Assembly: GCA_964016885.1 (NCBI GenBank) | Contig: OZ024751.1 | Span: 5,766,001-5,830,000 of the forward strand | Source: Eledone cirrhosa | Lineage: Eukaryota | Reading direction: 5' to 3' | Length of the DNA stretch: 64,000 bases | Shown here: positions 42,476 to 59,404 of the stretch, piece by piece | Layout: every line of letters starts with the position of its first letter | Numbering within the stretch: the first letter of the stretch is position 1 | Program-made: the position numbers and the translations under genes | Notes under the pieces: model-generated | The model's database searches: none | Told to the model about the DNA's origin: nothing | The model's input: only the letters and a program-made list of their open reading frames with translations

Positions 42476-42907
42476 AAAGAATGGTCAAGAGAAATGGGAT
42501 GGGAGAATTGTTCTGGTTCTGTGAATATGGCTAGTTCGCTGGGGTGTCAGAGTTCAGATTTTCTATTGAAATAAAGAAAGTAGAAATATGTATGTTTATT
42601 TGTGTGTTTGTGTGTGCGTGTTTGTGTGTGTGTGTCTGTATAGGCAGATGATTCTATTGGTAGGTATGGGGGAGGGAGTTGTGTGTATGTGTATATTGTG
42701 TGTATGTGTATATGTGTATATGTGTGTGTGTGTGTGTGGGGGAGTATGTTAAGATGGAGAGAATATATACTTTGTGTGTGTGTGTGTAGGAAAGTGATTA
42801 TATTAGTAGAAATGGGGGAGGGAGTTGTGTGTGTGTGGGGGGGGGGGGTTATGTGTATGGGTGTTATGTGTGTGTCGGAGTATGGTTAGCATGTTAAGAT
42901 GAAGAGA

Positions 42908-42951
<44 letters not shown>

Positions 42952-42954
<3 letters not shown>

Positions 42955-43215
42955 GGCGCATGACTTAGTGGTTAAAGCATTGGGCTTGCAATCGAAAGGT
43001 TGTGAGTTCAATTCTCGGACCGGGTGATGTGTTGATTCCTTGAGCAAGACATTTTATTTCACGTTGCTCCAGATTATTCAGGTGTAGAAATGAGTACCGG
43101 CCTGCCCCCTCAGCCAATGGGATGGCGTTATCTTATGGCTAAAACAGCACGACGTGCTGTCACCAGCGGCGCCGATTGGCGCCCGACAGACTGGTCGGTC
43201 AAGGTGATAATGGTG
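42952..43215 (+). mobile_element. OR-like tRNA-derived SINE with CORE-like domain
   Basis: A-box tgacttagtggtt, B-box gagttcaattc, then tccttgagcaagacattttatttcacgttgctcca. Confidence 0.8.
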
Positions 43216-43378
43216 ATATATATATATATATATATACTAGACCAGAAAAATGAGCAAGCTCCAAAGAAACACAGAATGTTATAATAAACCTTCAAAAGTG
43301 TGGGACTAGAGCTGTTGCTCAAAACTATTGTAATCATTATCTATCGTACACACTGTGGCATCCTTTTATAAAAAAGTG

Positions 43379-43538
43379 ACTCATAACCAACTCAAGACGA
43401 CACGATAATTATTTTAGCTAATGTCCAATATCTCATATTAGATGTTTAGTAATGATTAATACGAAATGCACTTAAACTGAATTCTATATTATAAATTCAC
43501 ATAAATAATTATCGTGTCGTCTTGAGTTCGTTATGAGT
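43379..43538. mobile_element. Short MITE-like inverted repeat (35-bp arms, one mismatch)
   Basis: actcataaccaactcaagacgacacgataattatt / aataattatcgtgtcgtcttgagttcgttatgagt. Confidence 0.7.
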
Positions 43539-44356
43539 ATCTATTTTTTTAACGCAATGCTTGTAATAACTCTAGTTAAACATGATATATATTAATAATA
43601 TAAATTATCGTTGTAATGTAATTAGATTATATAATCGTTATTTTATAAATGATCTTATAAATATTATTGTAAGATGTTTACAAATATTTTCAGACTGTTA
43701 ATATAAACAACTACACAAAACAATCAATATTAAATAAATATATGTTACATAATAATTGTTATAGTTGAATTAAGAAAAATTAAATATTACATACAAAATA
43801 GTCTAACATATTAATAAAATAATAATCTAACATAATAATAATAAAATAATCTAACATCAAACGAACAATAATATGGAAAATATACAAGTAAATATGATAC
43901 AACTAATATTATAAGCATGTTATAACGAACTGAAAAAAAAATAGTTAATATAAATTAAAAAATGATATATAAATTTACAATATAACTTACCAAAAATGAG
44001 AAAAATATTTTGATGATAAACGACGAAATACAGGAGGAAGATTAGAAACCGAAATGATAAATAAACGTGCAAACAAAGTGGCGGATGCTTTTGAGCAACA
44101 ATTACTCTCATTGGTTGATTAGCCAATAAGACGATCAAATTAGCCAATAAGACGATACATTACAAAAGATGTTTGGCAAGGATCACCACGGTCAGCGAAA
44201 CCCCTTGAATGTTTTATTCACAAGCTACGCATATATGTCAGACAAGCAGACTTACAACATTATATTGTCAGTCTCTGTGTGTCTAACATGTATATATATA
44301 TATATAAGCATGTATGTATACGTATATATATGTAAGTATATATATATGTATGTATG

Positions 44357-44424
<68 letters not shown>

Positions 44425-44453
44425 TGTATATATATATATATATATACATATAT

Positions 44454-45052
<599 letters not shown>

Positions 45053-45246
45053 AGGGTGTTAAAGTTTGCTTGAAGCATTGTGAAATATGTAAAATATGTA
45101 GTTTAAAAAGCCACAACAATGCAGATGGGAAATCTCGAGGTAAGAAGTTAGTGAGAAATAGGAGAAAAGTGAAAAATGAGAGAAACGGAAACAAAACAAA
45201 GGTAGAAGGATTACCGTAGTGGAGATTTAATCCCAATATTTCGTCA

Positions 45247-45323
<77 letters not shown>

Positions 45324-46320
45324 AATGTTAGACAAGGTTCAATGAATAAATCAAATAATGAAATTCACAATAGATTGGAAGCACTCAACCGTTATGGTTT
45401 TCCAGAGTTATTAATATTAATTCAAAATATTAACAAAATATATATTATTGTGATCAAGTAATTTTATTATACATATTTCAGAGGTACTGAGTTAAGTTCA
45501 ACAGTACGTCCTCATCAGATAAAATAAGATGATGCATGACATACCCTGACATAGTAGATGGTTAAGATTCAGTCATGGTAGTGAGTAATATATGACAAAA
45601 CTCAATATTTATATACCTTAATATTGAGAACATGAGAAAAATATATAATACATACAATAGAGAGGGTGCGTGTGAGACAGCTTTAAAAATACATGGCATC
45701 AATATAAAAATTATGTTATAAAATTTAAATTACTGAAGAAAGAGGAAATAAAGGAAAGCAAAGAGGAAGAAATAGCTGGTGGATAATATAGTTAGTAGGG
45801 GCCTCGAAAGACAAAAGAGAGTTGATTACAGAGAGAGAGAGAGAGACAAAGAGGAATAATTTACGTTCAAGTTATTAGACAATTATCCATATATACAATA
45901 TATATCTAAACTTATTTGGTTGACCGTTAATATTCAAAATATTTAATTTAAGTTAGTTCAGAGTAATGAATAATATTTTAGGTTTTAAAGGTTAATAGGT
46001 ATCTGTATTAATATTAAAGTATACTATCAAGTTTAATTTCTAAATCCAAATTTTATGAAATTAAGTTTAAAGGATTTACAAACACGAGAAAGGAAACATA
46101 ATGTTTTTACAACCTTACAACTTTACCAAAATTATTTATAATATTGACAACAGTTTATATAATATAATTTAGAAAATAATTACAGTTATAATTTTTAAAG
46201 AATTTATGATTAACAATTTGAGTGCTTAAAGGATCAACAGGCCTTATAATTAAACTTAAATAGTTCCGAATTTTAAATTACATATATGTGTTAATCAAAA
46301 AATTATACAAAGATTATATT

Positions 46321-46956
46321 AAGGCTTTAGATAATTCCTTCCCTAGTCAACATAAATACCGTTCCATATTTAATAGACACACAATTAAGCTTTCTTATTC
46401 TACAACTATGAATATGGCCCAAAACATCGCTAAACTAAATAGTAGAATTCTAAACCCAAATCAGCATAATGCTGTTAATAATAGTGTTAATATAAATAAT
46501 AATAAATCGAAATGTAATTGTAGAAATAAAACAGATTGCTCTCTGCAAAATAATTGTCTGGATAGAATTTGGTGTATAAATGCACCGTAAAAACAAATAA
46601 CAACACATACAACCACATAGGGGCACACTTCTTCGACATTTAAATCGAGATTTGCGAATCACAAATGCTCGTTTTCGAATTTTAATAGGAAGTCTTCGAC
46701 TTCTTTATCACAACTCATATGGTCATTAAAAGACAACAATTTAAAATACTCGATTTTTTGGACGAAGCTTTATAATAGTAAAATCAACTCGAACTCGTCT
46801 ATATCAACTAACTGAAACCTCTACACAAAGGAGACCCTATTAATAATGACTAATTATGAAAACTTAATTAACAAAAAAAGTGACTTATTCTCAAACTGCC
46901 TTCATAAAGCTTTGTCTACATTCCCAGCCTCGCAAAAAGTCAGGAAAAAACACTAA
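46321..46956 (+). pseudogene. Naiad-like linker plus GIY-YIG endonuclease (disrupted)
   Basis: FPSQHKYRSIFNRHTIKLSYS...CNCRNKTDCSLQNNCL; VYKCTV; FKSRFANHKCSF...TSLSQLIWSLKD...N*NLYTKE...NKKSDLFSNCLH. Confidence 0.85.
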
Positions 46957-47433
46957 ACAAACAGTCTTTAATTTTTTGACTATTGGACCTAAAACGTTAT
47001 AACAGTTTATAAAACTTTAATAATACTTTATTTTCTAATCATTTATGATAGAATTAATGTCAGAATGAAGGATCCTGTTCAGGTATATAAACATATTATT
47101 TGGTAACTTGTTCTCTTGATAAATATGCAAACCTTTGGATTAATTTAAATATTTATAATTTAGACTCGGATCTTTTTTTTTGTCTTTGTTTTAATTATAT
47201 AATTTGGATATTTAACTTGTAAGATTACCGGTTATAATTGAACCGTAGATCATTCATGCATTTATATATTTTACTCATTTTGGGTATGTTCTGGGACTCA
47301 GAAAGTTAGATTTGCACTTATATATTTTATATATATCTAGGTATAAATATTACAAACCATACTAGTCGACAAATATTGGTTTCTCTCTCCACTGAACTAG
47401 AGGTAAATCTACAATTATAGCATTACTAATAAT

Positions 47434-47613
47434 TGTTTCTACTTTAGGCACAAGGCCAGCAATTATCCAGTGCATTACTGGTACTTTATTTTATCGACCC
47501 CGTAAGGATGAAAGGCAAAGTCAACCTCGGCGGGATTTGAACTCAGATCGTAAAGGGACGTAAAGCATGGAAAGCATGGCGTCCGACCCTCTACCGATAC
47601 TGCCAATCCATAA
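47434..47613 (-). mobile_element. OK-like SINE with 13-bp TSD
   Basis: TSD cattactaataat at 47421-47433 and 47614-47626. Confidence 0.9.
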
Positions 47614-49005
47614 CATTACTAATAATGTTTGTAATTATTTATTTATTAAATGTATATCGTTTCATTAATACCTATAATACTCCCTCTATATAGGTGTACA
47701 AATATGTTTATCTAGTGTAATAACATGCTCGTAGTTACATTTATAAATAATTTAAATACTCAAATGACTCTCTATTGTTATAAATGTTAGATATTCCCTG
47801 CATGTTCGAAATTATATAATGATTATTACTTAATTTAATATAATTTAATCTATTTTTAATTAAATTTAGATTACCTTCGGCGTTTTCAAGTCTTTAGCTC
47901 CTCTTTCTATCACATTCACTCGACACATTATCTTTTGTCTACTATATATTAAAACCCTCTTACATTTTAAACTATATTTTTATGTTTCGCAAACAATTCA
48001 TTATTTTTCATTTTTTTATTTTTATTTTGTATCTAGCCCTTATCCTTAGGACTCATGTAGTTTTGACTTATATATCTATAGTATATATCAACTAAATGAT
48101 CCTTTTACAATAATTGATCTAAAGCATTAACTTTTAACAATATTTTCAGTAACTTATTTACTATATGGTATTATTGTATTATGTTATATATATTTGAAAG
48201 GTATCACCTTAAGTCTTTAGACAATATAATCTTTGTATATTTTTTTGATTAACACATATATGTAATTTAAAATTCGGAACTATTTAAGTTTAATTATAAG
48301 GCCTGTTGATCCTTTAGGCACTCAAATTGTTAATCATAAATTCTTTAAAATTTATAACTGTAATTATTTTCTAAATTATATTATATAAACTGTTGTCAAT
48401 ATTATAAATAATTTTGGTAAAGTTGTAAGGTTGTAAAAACAATATGATTTCTATCTCGTTTTGTAAATCCTTTAAACTTGATCTCATGAAATTTGTTTTT
48501 AGAAATTAAACTCGATAGTATACTTTAATATTAATACAGATACCTATTAACCTTTAAAATCTAAAATATTATTCATTACTCTGAACTAACTTAAATTACA
48601 TATTTTGAATATTAACGGTCAACCAAATAAGTTTAGATATATATTGTATATATGGATAATTGTCTAATAACTTGAACGTAAATTATTCCTCTTTGTCTCT
48701 CTCTCTCTGTAATCAACTCTCTTTTGTCTTTCGACGCCCCTACTAACTATATTATCCCATCAGCTGTTTCTTCCTCTTTGCTTTCCTTTCTTTCCTCTTT
48801 CTTCAGTAATTTAAATTTTATAACAGTTATATTGATGCCATGTATTTTTTAAGTCTCACACGCACCCTCTCTATTGTATGTATTATATATTTTTCTCATG
48901 TTCTCAATATTAAGGTATATAAATATTGAGTTTTGTCATATATTACTCACTACCATGACTGAATCTTAACCATCTACTATGTCAGGGTATGTTATGCATC
49001 ATCTT

Positions 49006-49070
49006 ATTTTATCTGATGAGGACGTACTGTTGAACTTAACTCAGTACCTCTGAAATATGTATAATAAAAT
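49006..49070 (+). ncRNA. Type I hammerhead (3' end of element C)
   Basis: attttat-CTGATGA-ggac gtactg...cagtac ctct-GAAA-tatgta-TA-ataaaat. Confidence 0.8.
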
Positions 49071-49179
49071 ATACTTCATCACAATAATATATATTTTGTT
49101 AATATTGTGAATATATATATAGTTTAGCTTTGAACTATCTCTGTTATTGTATTAAATATATATATATATATAAATGAGT

Positions 49180-49249
<70 letters not shown>

Positions 49250-50289
49250 CACACACACACCCACACATACACAGACTTATATATATATATATATATATAA
49301 ATATATAAATACTTCTGTTCATGAGTTCTGTTTATGTGGATATTTGATGCATAAATATGCGTGTTGATTACAAAATATATGCTCATTACATACGTGTGTG
49401 TATATATATATATATGCGTGAGTATGTGTATATGTATATGTGCGTATGTGTGTCTGTGAGTGTATGTGCGTATGAATACACTTGGGCATTCAGTAAGTCA
49501 TTATTTATACATTTATGCAATGACTACGATTTATTCTATTCTTATACAGTAAAAGAAAAATGAGAAAAAGTTCATGAGTGTATATTCTCAGAAAACAAAA
49601 TATTGTGCATAATTATAATTTTTCAGTTGTGTTGAGTATTCCCGTAAGGTTATTTTAACATGGACGTCTCTTCAATCCACCATTTGTTTTTAACGTCCAT
49701 GTATTTTGAAAAAAAAAAATGTATGGATAATTGTTTGAGAAAATATTCGATGAATATTAATAAGGTAGACATATAAAATATAAAAGGTATTTGCGCCTAC
49801 TAAGTTTTCTGAAAGTATTTTATTTTACTATATATGTACTTTTATCTTTGTATGGTTATACAAAAAAAATATATAATTGTTTTAGATGGCGAGACGTTAG
49901 AGAAATGTATTATAATTTTGCATTAGTAGAATTGATTTGAAAGTATTATGTATGGAGGTAGAAGTATTAGTAGTTGATAGAGGGAGAGGTGAAGAGGAAG
50001 AGTGATGGCGAGAGCGAGAGGGAGAGAGAGAGGGGGGGGGAGAGAAATAAAGTAAAAAGCAATATATATTTCTATATTAGGTTCTATACATTTTTCTCTT
50101 CTTCCTAGAATTTCAACACCTCACGGTATTTCATGATGTTTTTGCGTTGTTTTCTGAAGAGATTTTCAGTTGTATATTATCTTTAAGATATGCAAGCAAT
50201 TAATAATGCATATACATTCAATATAACTACTCTATTATATACGTGTGATATTGATGGATGGGAGCAAGCGTACTCAATTCCGAAGTAGA

Positions 50290-50372
50290 GTATAAATATT
50301 CTTTCTTATGGTTGGGTGATGAGTGCTATTACTCCGGTTTTTCAATTGAGCACTCACAGAATCATCAGATAC
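50290..50372 (-). ncRNA. Hammerhead-like motif with large stem II insert
   Basis: Reverse complement gtat-CTGATGA-tt..(tgagtgct/agcactca)..aa-GAAA-gaatat-TT-atac. Confidence 0.5.
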
Positions 50373-50391
50373 ATATATTGTGTTAACAGTA

Positions 50392-50513
<122 letters not shown>

Positions 50514-50891
50514 CACAGTTGCGCCTGCGCAAAGCTATGGATGTGTATTGGGGGTCACAAGGGAACAGAAAACGTCTTCAAGAACATCATCTTTGTCCAT
50601 TCCCTTGTCGTTTCAAATAGGATTGCCTCAGGAACGTAACATTATGTAAGAAGGTGTCCGAATGAGGGCATGGCACTGAGTACGAGGAATCACGTGGTCA
50701 CTGTCGTTATTGAAGTATGTATCACGGCCTCATGAATACAGTATTTTAACATCTGAAACTACTTCGCATTTTCTTATTCTAAATATACTCCGTCATTGCT
50801 ATGTGGAAAAAGTATGTTGAGTAATTGAATTGAATTGCATTTATCGTAAGAATTTAGCTCCTAAAGTTTGAGCGCTTTATGGTGTAACCGA

Positions 50892-52700
<1,809 letters not shown>

Positions 52701-52911
52701 ATATATATAATCACATTTTTTTATTTGTTTGACCCGAATTACTTGGTCGTTTCTATGGCTGTGCGGATAATGGTTTAACAATCGTCTCAATGTGTTTGGC
52801 CTTTTAACGTATGTTGTAGAGAATTCATTGAGCGCTTGCCACACATCTCGGAAGTTACTTTTCGCTAATTCCCAATAGCCGAAATACGATTCTCGCTAAT
52901 TTATATTTGTT

Positions 52912-52986
<75 letters not shown>

Positions 52987-54071
52987 TGGTCATATATGTA
53001 TATATATATATATGACCAGCGTGTATATTGTTTTATTTTAATATCTCTATGTGTGCATTGATTGTGTATAGTTATTCTTTTAATATCCAATTGAGTTCTT
53101 ATACACGTAGTTAATACCCAACAGGTTTAAATGACCAGCGTGTATATTGTTTTATTTTAAGGTGACCTCCCTTTACCCTCTTGGGGACAGCGTGTATTTT
53201 ATCTTTGAGAGGACTGCTGGATTTTCTAATCTACCAGTCTCTTCTTAGTGCTGAGGGAGACCATCACTAATCTATTAATGTCGATATAATTCTTATATCG
53301 ATATTATTTGGGCATCCACTGATGAATTTATAAGAGCCCGCTTGTGTATAAAACTATGGATTATATACAAGTTTCTCCATAACCTGGAAATTATTTATCT
53401 CAAATTGTAGAAATCTTATAACGAAACGGCCGTCTGGAAGGAAAGATATATTTATTTAATAATGTCTCATATAAAATAATACAACCAACTATCCACGAAA
53501 TACTGATTAGTTAGCACCCCAAACACTAAATTAGGAAAATACTTAGATATACATTGAGGTGCCGTTCCACTGCATTAGAATAACAGATAAGTAAATTTTA
53601 TTAATTAGGAATTTAATTAGTATAAACTTCTATATGCTTTGCTCTTTAGCCAACTGTTAGACTGGCATACTCACTTTCACTCTACAACATTCCTTGATTC
53701 TCATATGCTGATTTTACCCCCATTAGAGATATTTATAAAGAATTCCCTCTCAACGCATGACCGGGCTGGCAACCACATGTCAGAATGTCATCTTACTCCT
53801 GTTCTACTAGCCATTTCAGCCTCTCTTTTCCTGCCGCTATGAACGAATTTAACCATGTACGTGCCATATCAAAATCTTTGACAGACAAGAAAACAACAAT
53901 TTTTAGGATTGCTTGATTTGATACGTCTACTCTGTTTTGATTGCATGCCCATATATGGGCTGTACCCCTTGATAAGTTCAGCTAGGTGCCCGCCGTCCTA
54001 ATACTACGGGTTTAGTTCGGATCTAGCTGTCTTGGCGGCCGGAGCTCAGCAGTCGGGATCCTGACACTTTT

Positions 54072-54128
<57 letters not shown>

Positions 54129-55084
54129 GAAAATTAATTTTTTAATATGTCTACTATTTTTACCTTTTGACATTAATTTATTAATTTTTTTTAATACTTC
54201 TGACATTATTTTCCTAATGATACCCCTCTAAATATATTTGTTTAGATGTAGATTGATAATCTTTAATTGATATTCTGAAAATTTATCCTCTTTACGATAA
54301 ATGCACATTACGTGTTTCCTCTCCATTTGATCTTCAAACTTTCACACATCTTTCGACTAAAATAATTAATCCAACGCGAAATAATATATAATTTTCTCTA
54401 TATATTTTCTGAGTAAAGCATTCATCAAATTTAACGGTTAACAAACAACATTGGAGTTATCTTTCCCTTTTCAATCGTGCAAACATAAACATGATATTAT
54501 AATATAATAGGCGCGATAAATTATATAATTTCGCTAAATTAACAATATTCTGAAAACATTTTCAATGTTGGAACAAAATATTCAAATCTACAAATTGTTC
54601 TCATCTTACAACTTGAACCACCTGTTTTTCATGTAAAATGCAAAATCAACTTCCTTCGTAACTCATATTAGAAATGTAAACAACTAATAATTGTAAATTA
54701 TTTCTATTTCTATAATACTTATACATGCACAATTATTAATCTATATAGATATTTATATACTTATAACCTATTGTAATGTAATAAGATAAAATATACTTAC
54801 AACCATACTTCTTCATATAATCTAATTGATTATATATACAATATTATAACTCATAATATAACTAAATAAATTTAAATTCTGGAATCATATTCCACCACTC
54901 CCCCAAATTGTTACTTCCTTTTAAATTAACGTAAATACAAGCTCTTCTTCCTTTTTCTTCTTCCTACTCATACATACATTTAAATTCTGCATAGCGTCTA
55001 AAATAACGTTTTTTCAGCCCTATACCTCAACCTTATTTGCATACTCATCTTAATAATTTAAAATATCTGACTTTTATTCTCTTT

Positions 55085-55459
55085 TCCTTCACTATCCAAG
55101 GAAAACTTGAACCGTTAAGGTATCTTTTCTTGGTTATGTCAAAATTTACAAAACAAACTTTGTATTTTATCTGATGAAAGTGTACCAAAGTTTTGGTACC
55201 CTTGAAGTATATATAATAGAATAATTGTTTCTACTTTAGGCACAAGGCCAGCAATTACCCAGTGCATTACTGGTATTTATTTGATCGACCCAGTAAGGAT
55301 GAAAGGCAAAGTCAACCTCGGTGGGATTTGAACTCAGATCGTAAAGGGACGTAACTATGTTGGAAAGCATGGCGTCCGACCCTCTACCGATACTGCCAAT
55401 CCACCCTATATATAATAGAATAATATGCTTTTACAATATTGTTTCCATTTATTTAATAT

Positions 55460-55465
<6 letters not shown>
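55085..55465 (+). mobile_element. B/D-family terminus with HHR (55163-55223, GAAA>GAAG) interrupted by a SINE
   Basis: tattttat-CTGATGA-aagtgtaccaaagttttggtaccctt-GAAG-tatata-TA-atagaata. Confidence 0.8.
55226..55406 (-). mobile_element. OK-like SINE with 18-bp TSD
   Basis: TSD tatatataatagaataat at 55208-55225 and 55407-55424. Confidence 0.92.
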
Positions 55466-55508
<43 letters not shown>

Positions 55509-55856
55509 TATATAAATGGAAAAAATGAAACGAAATTTCATTTCTCACTCTTAGTACGGCTGTTACTTAAATATAAGTATGTATACGTACATACATATAT
55601 GTATACAGACGTACAGTAGTATGTATATATATACATACATGCACACATTTATATATATGTACGTATGGGTTTACCGAACATTTATTATAATGCTCGGTTT
55701 GTTTGTAAACAAACAGCCCGAATTAAGCCGTACAGTGTTTAGCAACGATCGTTGCTCTTTTGTTCAACACTGACAAAGGAACGATGTACTAGTTTCAAGC
55801 TTATTAGCTATCGTCAGGATCGTATACACACACATACACATATATATATATATATA

Positions 55857-57218
<1,362 letters not shown>

Positions 57219-57229
57219 AATATATATAT

Positions 57230-57274
<45 letters not shown>

Positions 57275-57395
57275 GTAATAATATATATATCAGAATTTAA
57301 ACCGACTTTAAATAAGTAAGACAATTATTGCGCAGATTACTCGATACTCGGTTAGTAGAGAGTTACTACATAGAGTTGGGGCTCGTCTCTCTCTC

Positions 57396-57435
<40 letters not shown>

Positions 57436-57598
57436 AAAGGTTTGCGACCCCGACAGCTGAGATCCTGTAGTTTTCAACAGTTAGATTCGAACAATATATA
57501 TATATACTAGGTGTAATACAAATTTAACTTATATAATTGACATGTATATTTACAGCTGCAAAATGCATTTATATTATTTCCCAGGCGTTAGTTATAAT

Positions 57599-57781
57599 TG
57601 TTTCTACAGTTGGTATAAGGCCAGCAATTTCCCAGTACATTACTGGTACTTTATTTTATCGACCCCGTAAGGATGAAAGGCAAAGTTAACCTCGGTGGGA
57701 TTTGAACTCAGTCTGTAAAGGGACGTAACTATGCTAGAAAGCATGGCGTCCGACCCTCTACACATACTGCCAATCAACCAC
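57599..57781 (-). mobile_element. OK-like SINE with 13-bp TSD
   Basis: TSD cgttagttataat at 57586-57598 and 57782-57794. Confidence 0.9.
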
Positions 57782-58684
57782 CGTTAGTTATAATGAAATT
57801 ATACTAAATGTTAATTGTATGATTCTGTTAAGATTATTATTTTGTTTCATCAACTCCTCCTTTATCGGATCTTATTGAAATAATAATTGTACATCTCTCA
57901 GAGGATCGGTTGTTACAATGTTGCGTTGAAATTTTGAGAGCTCTTTAGAATATTATTTGAAGACTAAATAATACCATCATGGAGTGACGTAAATTCACAA
58001 ATTTATCCCGTGTCTCTCGTGTAGTGTTGTTGAAACATGCTTATTGTTTCAAAGATACACACCCGAGCATTATCACTCTAAAATGGTTTCTTTTAAACAT
58101 TAAAATGGTTCTTGATGACATTTTCATTCACAAGGCTGCAATATTTGGATATTACATTTGCCCGAAATTTAATAAAATCGAAGAGCTACAAGTCCCCAAA
58201 GGTTAATTTAAAAGCAAGATGAATGGTCAGCCTCTCTTTCTATCTCCCAGGCGTTATATATATACGTATGTACACAGCATAGTCTCAGCCTTTCGACGAC
58301 TGGAACACACACTCCACTTTTCCCTTCACAGCACTGTATACACACACAGACACACACAGACACGCACATGCATACGAACACGCACAAGTATAGTTCTTTT
58401 TACAAAACGTTCTTTTTTTCCATTTCAGGTAGACGTGCTACATCATCCAATTTTCGAAAAAATAAATCCTACACAAAACGCCAGCATCAACATTTTGCAA
58501 AAGATGTCAACATGAATGGTCCTATTATTTTTATCTAAAGACATTTTTTCCAATTCCAACCCGCACGTCCCTTCAATCTATCTTATTTTTTATTCATCCA
58601 AAAGACTAGCGTCCGAAACGTGAAAACCCTCTTCCTGGTATTTCAAGATTTAACCTAATATATATTCCTTCCATATACTGTACC

Positions 58685-58736
<52 letters not shown>

Positions 58737-58739
58737 CTA

Positions 58740-58982
58740 GGGCGGGTAAAATCCCCGAGATCCATGGTCTTTGTCCCCCATTATCACTGCCATGTCCTGC
58801 GTCTAGTGTCTGTCCTTAGGACTAGTGTCTGTCCTTAGGACATCAACATATCTTAATCTCGGTCTTCCTCTTCCAGTGTGTCCATGCAGGGGCTCCCACG
58901 GGAACACTGATTGCAGTGTCAACTCTGGATGTCAGTGATCATGACCAGCTAACCTCAGTCTCCTGTGTGCCACTCTCGAGCT

Positions 58983-58985
<3 letters not shown>
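58740..58985 (-). pseudogene. RTE-clade LINE C-terminal fragment
   Basis: Reverse complement RRLRLAGH..HPEL...WEP..GHTGRGRPRLRYVDVLRTDT. Confidence 0.7.
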
Positions 58986-59022
<37 letters not shown>

Positions 59023-59353
59023 GTATGTGTGTGTGTGTTGTATGTATCTGTGCGTGTGCCTGGCGAATTATGGTGTGTTTACGAATATATATTAAAAAGC
59101 CTTTCAGTTATGAATTTTGGAAGCTGATGGATAGCGCCACCAGGTGGATTCCAGCACAAGCAGCAGCGGGAATCCTCCTGAAAGGTGACTGTTTTTGACA
59201 ATGGTCGTTATTAAGGCCACGTTCCATCTCTCCGCTCTCTGCTGGAATCCAATATCGTCGAAAACATAGTTTTGTTGCGTATACATATGGAGTAGTCGGC
59301 CGGCTTGGTCTGAAAATAGAACGAAAGCGTTCGCTCCGACATATCGACAATTC

Positions 59354-59397
<44 letters not shown>

Positions 59398-59404
59398 AAT
59401 TTCA

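Larger units (their letters stand above)
45322..49112 (+). mobile_element. Fold-back element C: 5'-truncated Naiad-like PLE with ~900-bp inverted arms (45421-46320 / 48223-49111)
   Basis: Arms align as reverse complements; HHRs at 45461-45525 (-) and 49006-49070 (+); endonuclease fragment in the loop. Confidence 0.9.

Noticed and set aside
42952-43025. tRNA-like sequence
   Set aside because: A/B boxes are present but the cloverleaf is poor and it continues into a SINE body, so it is a SINE head.
53315-53360. tcca-CTGATGA...tgga possible hammerhead
   Set aside because: The GAAA core segment is missing.
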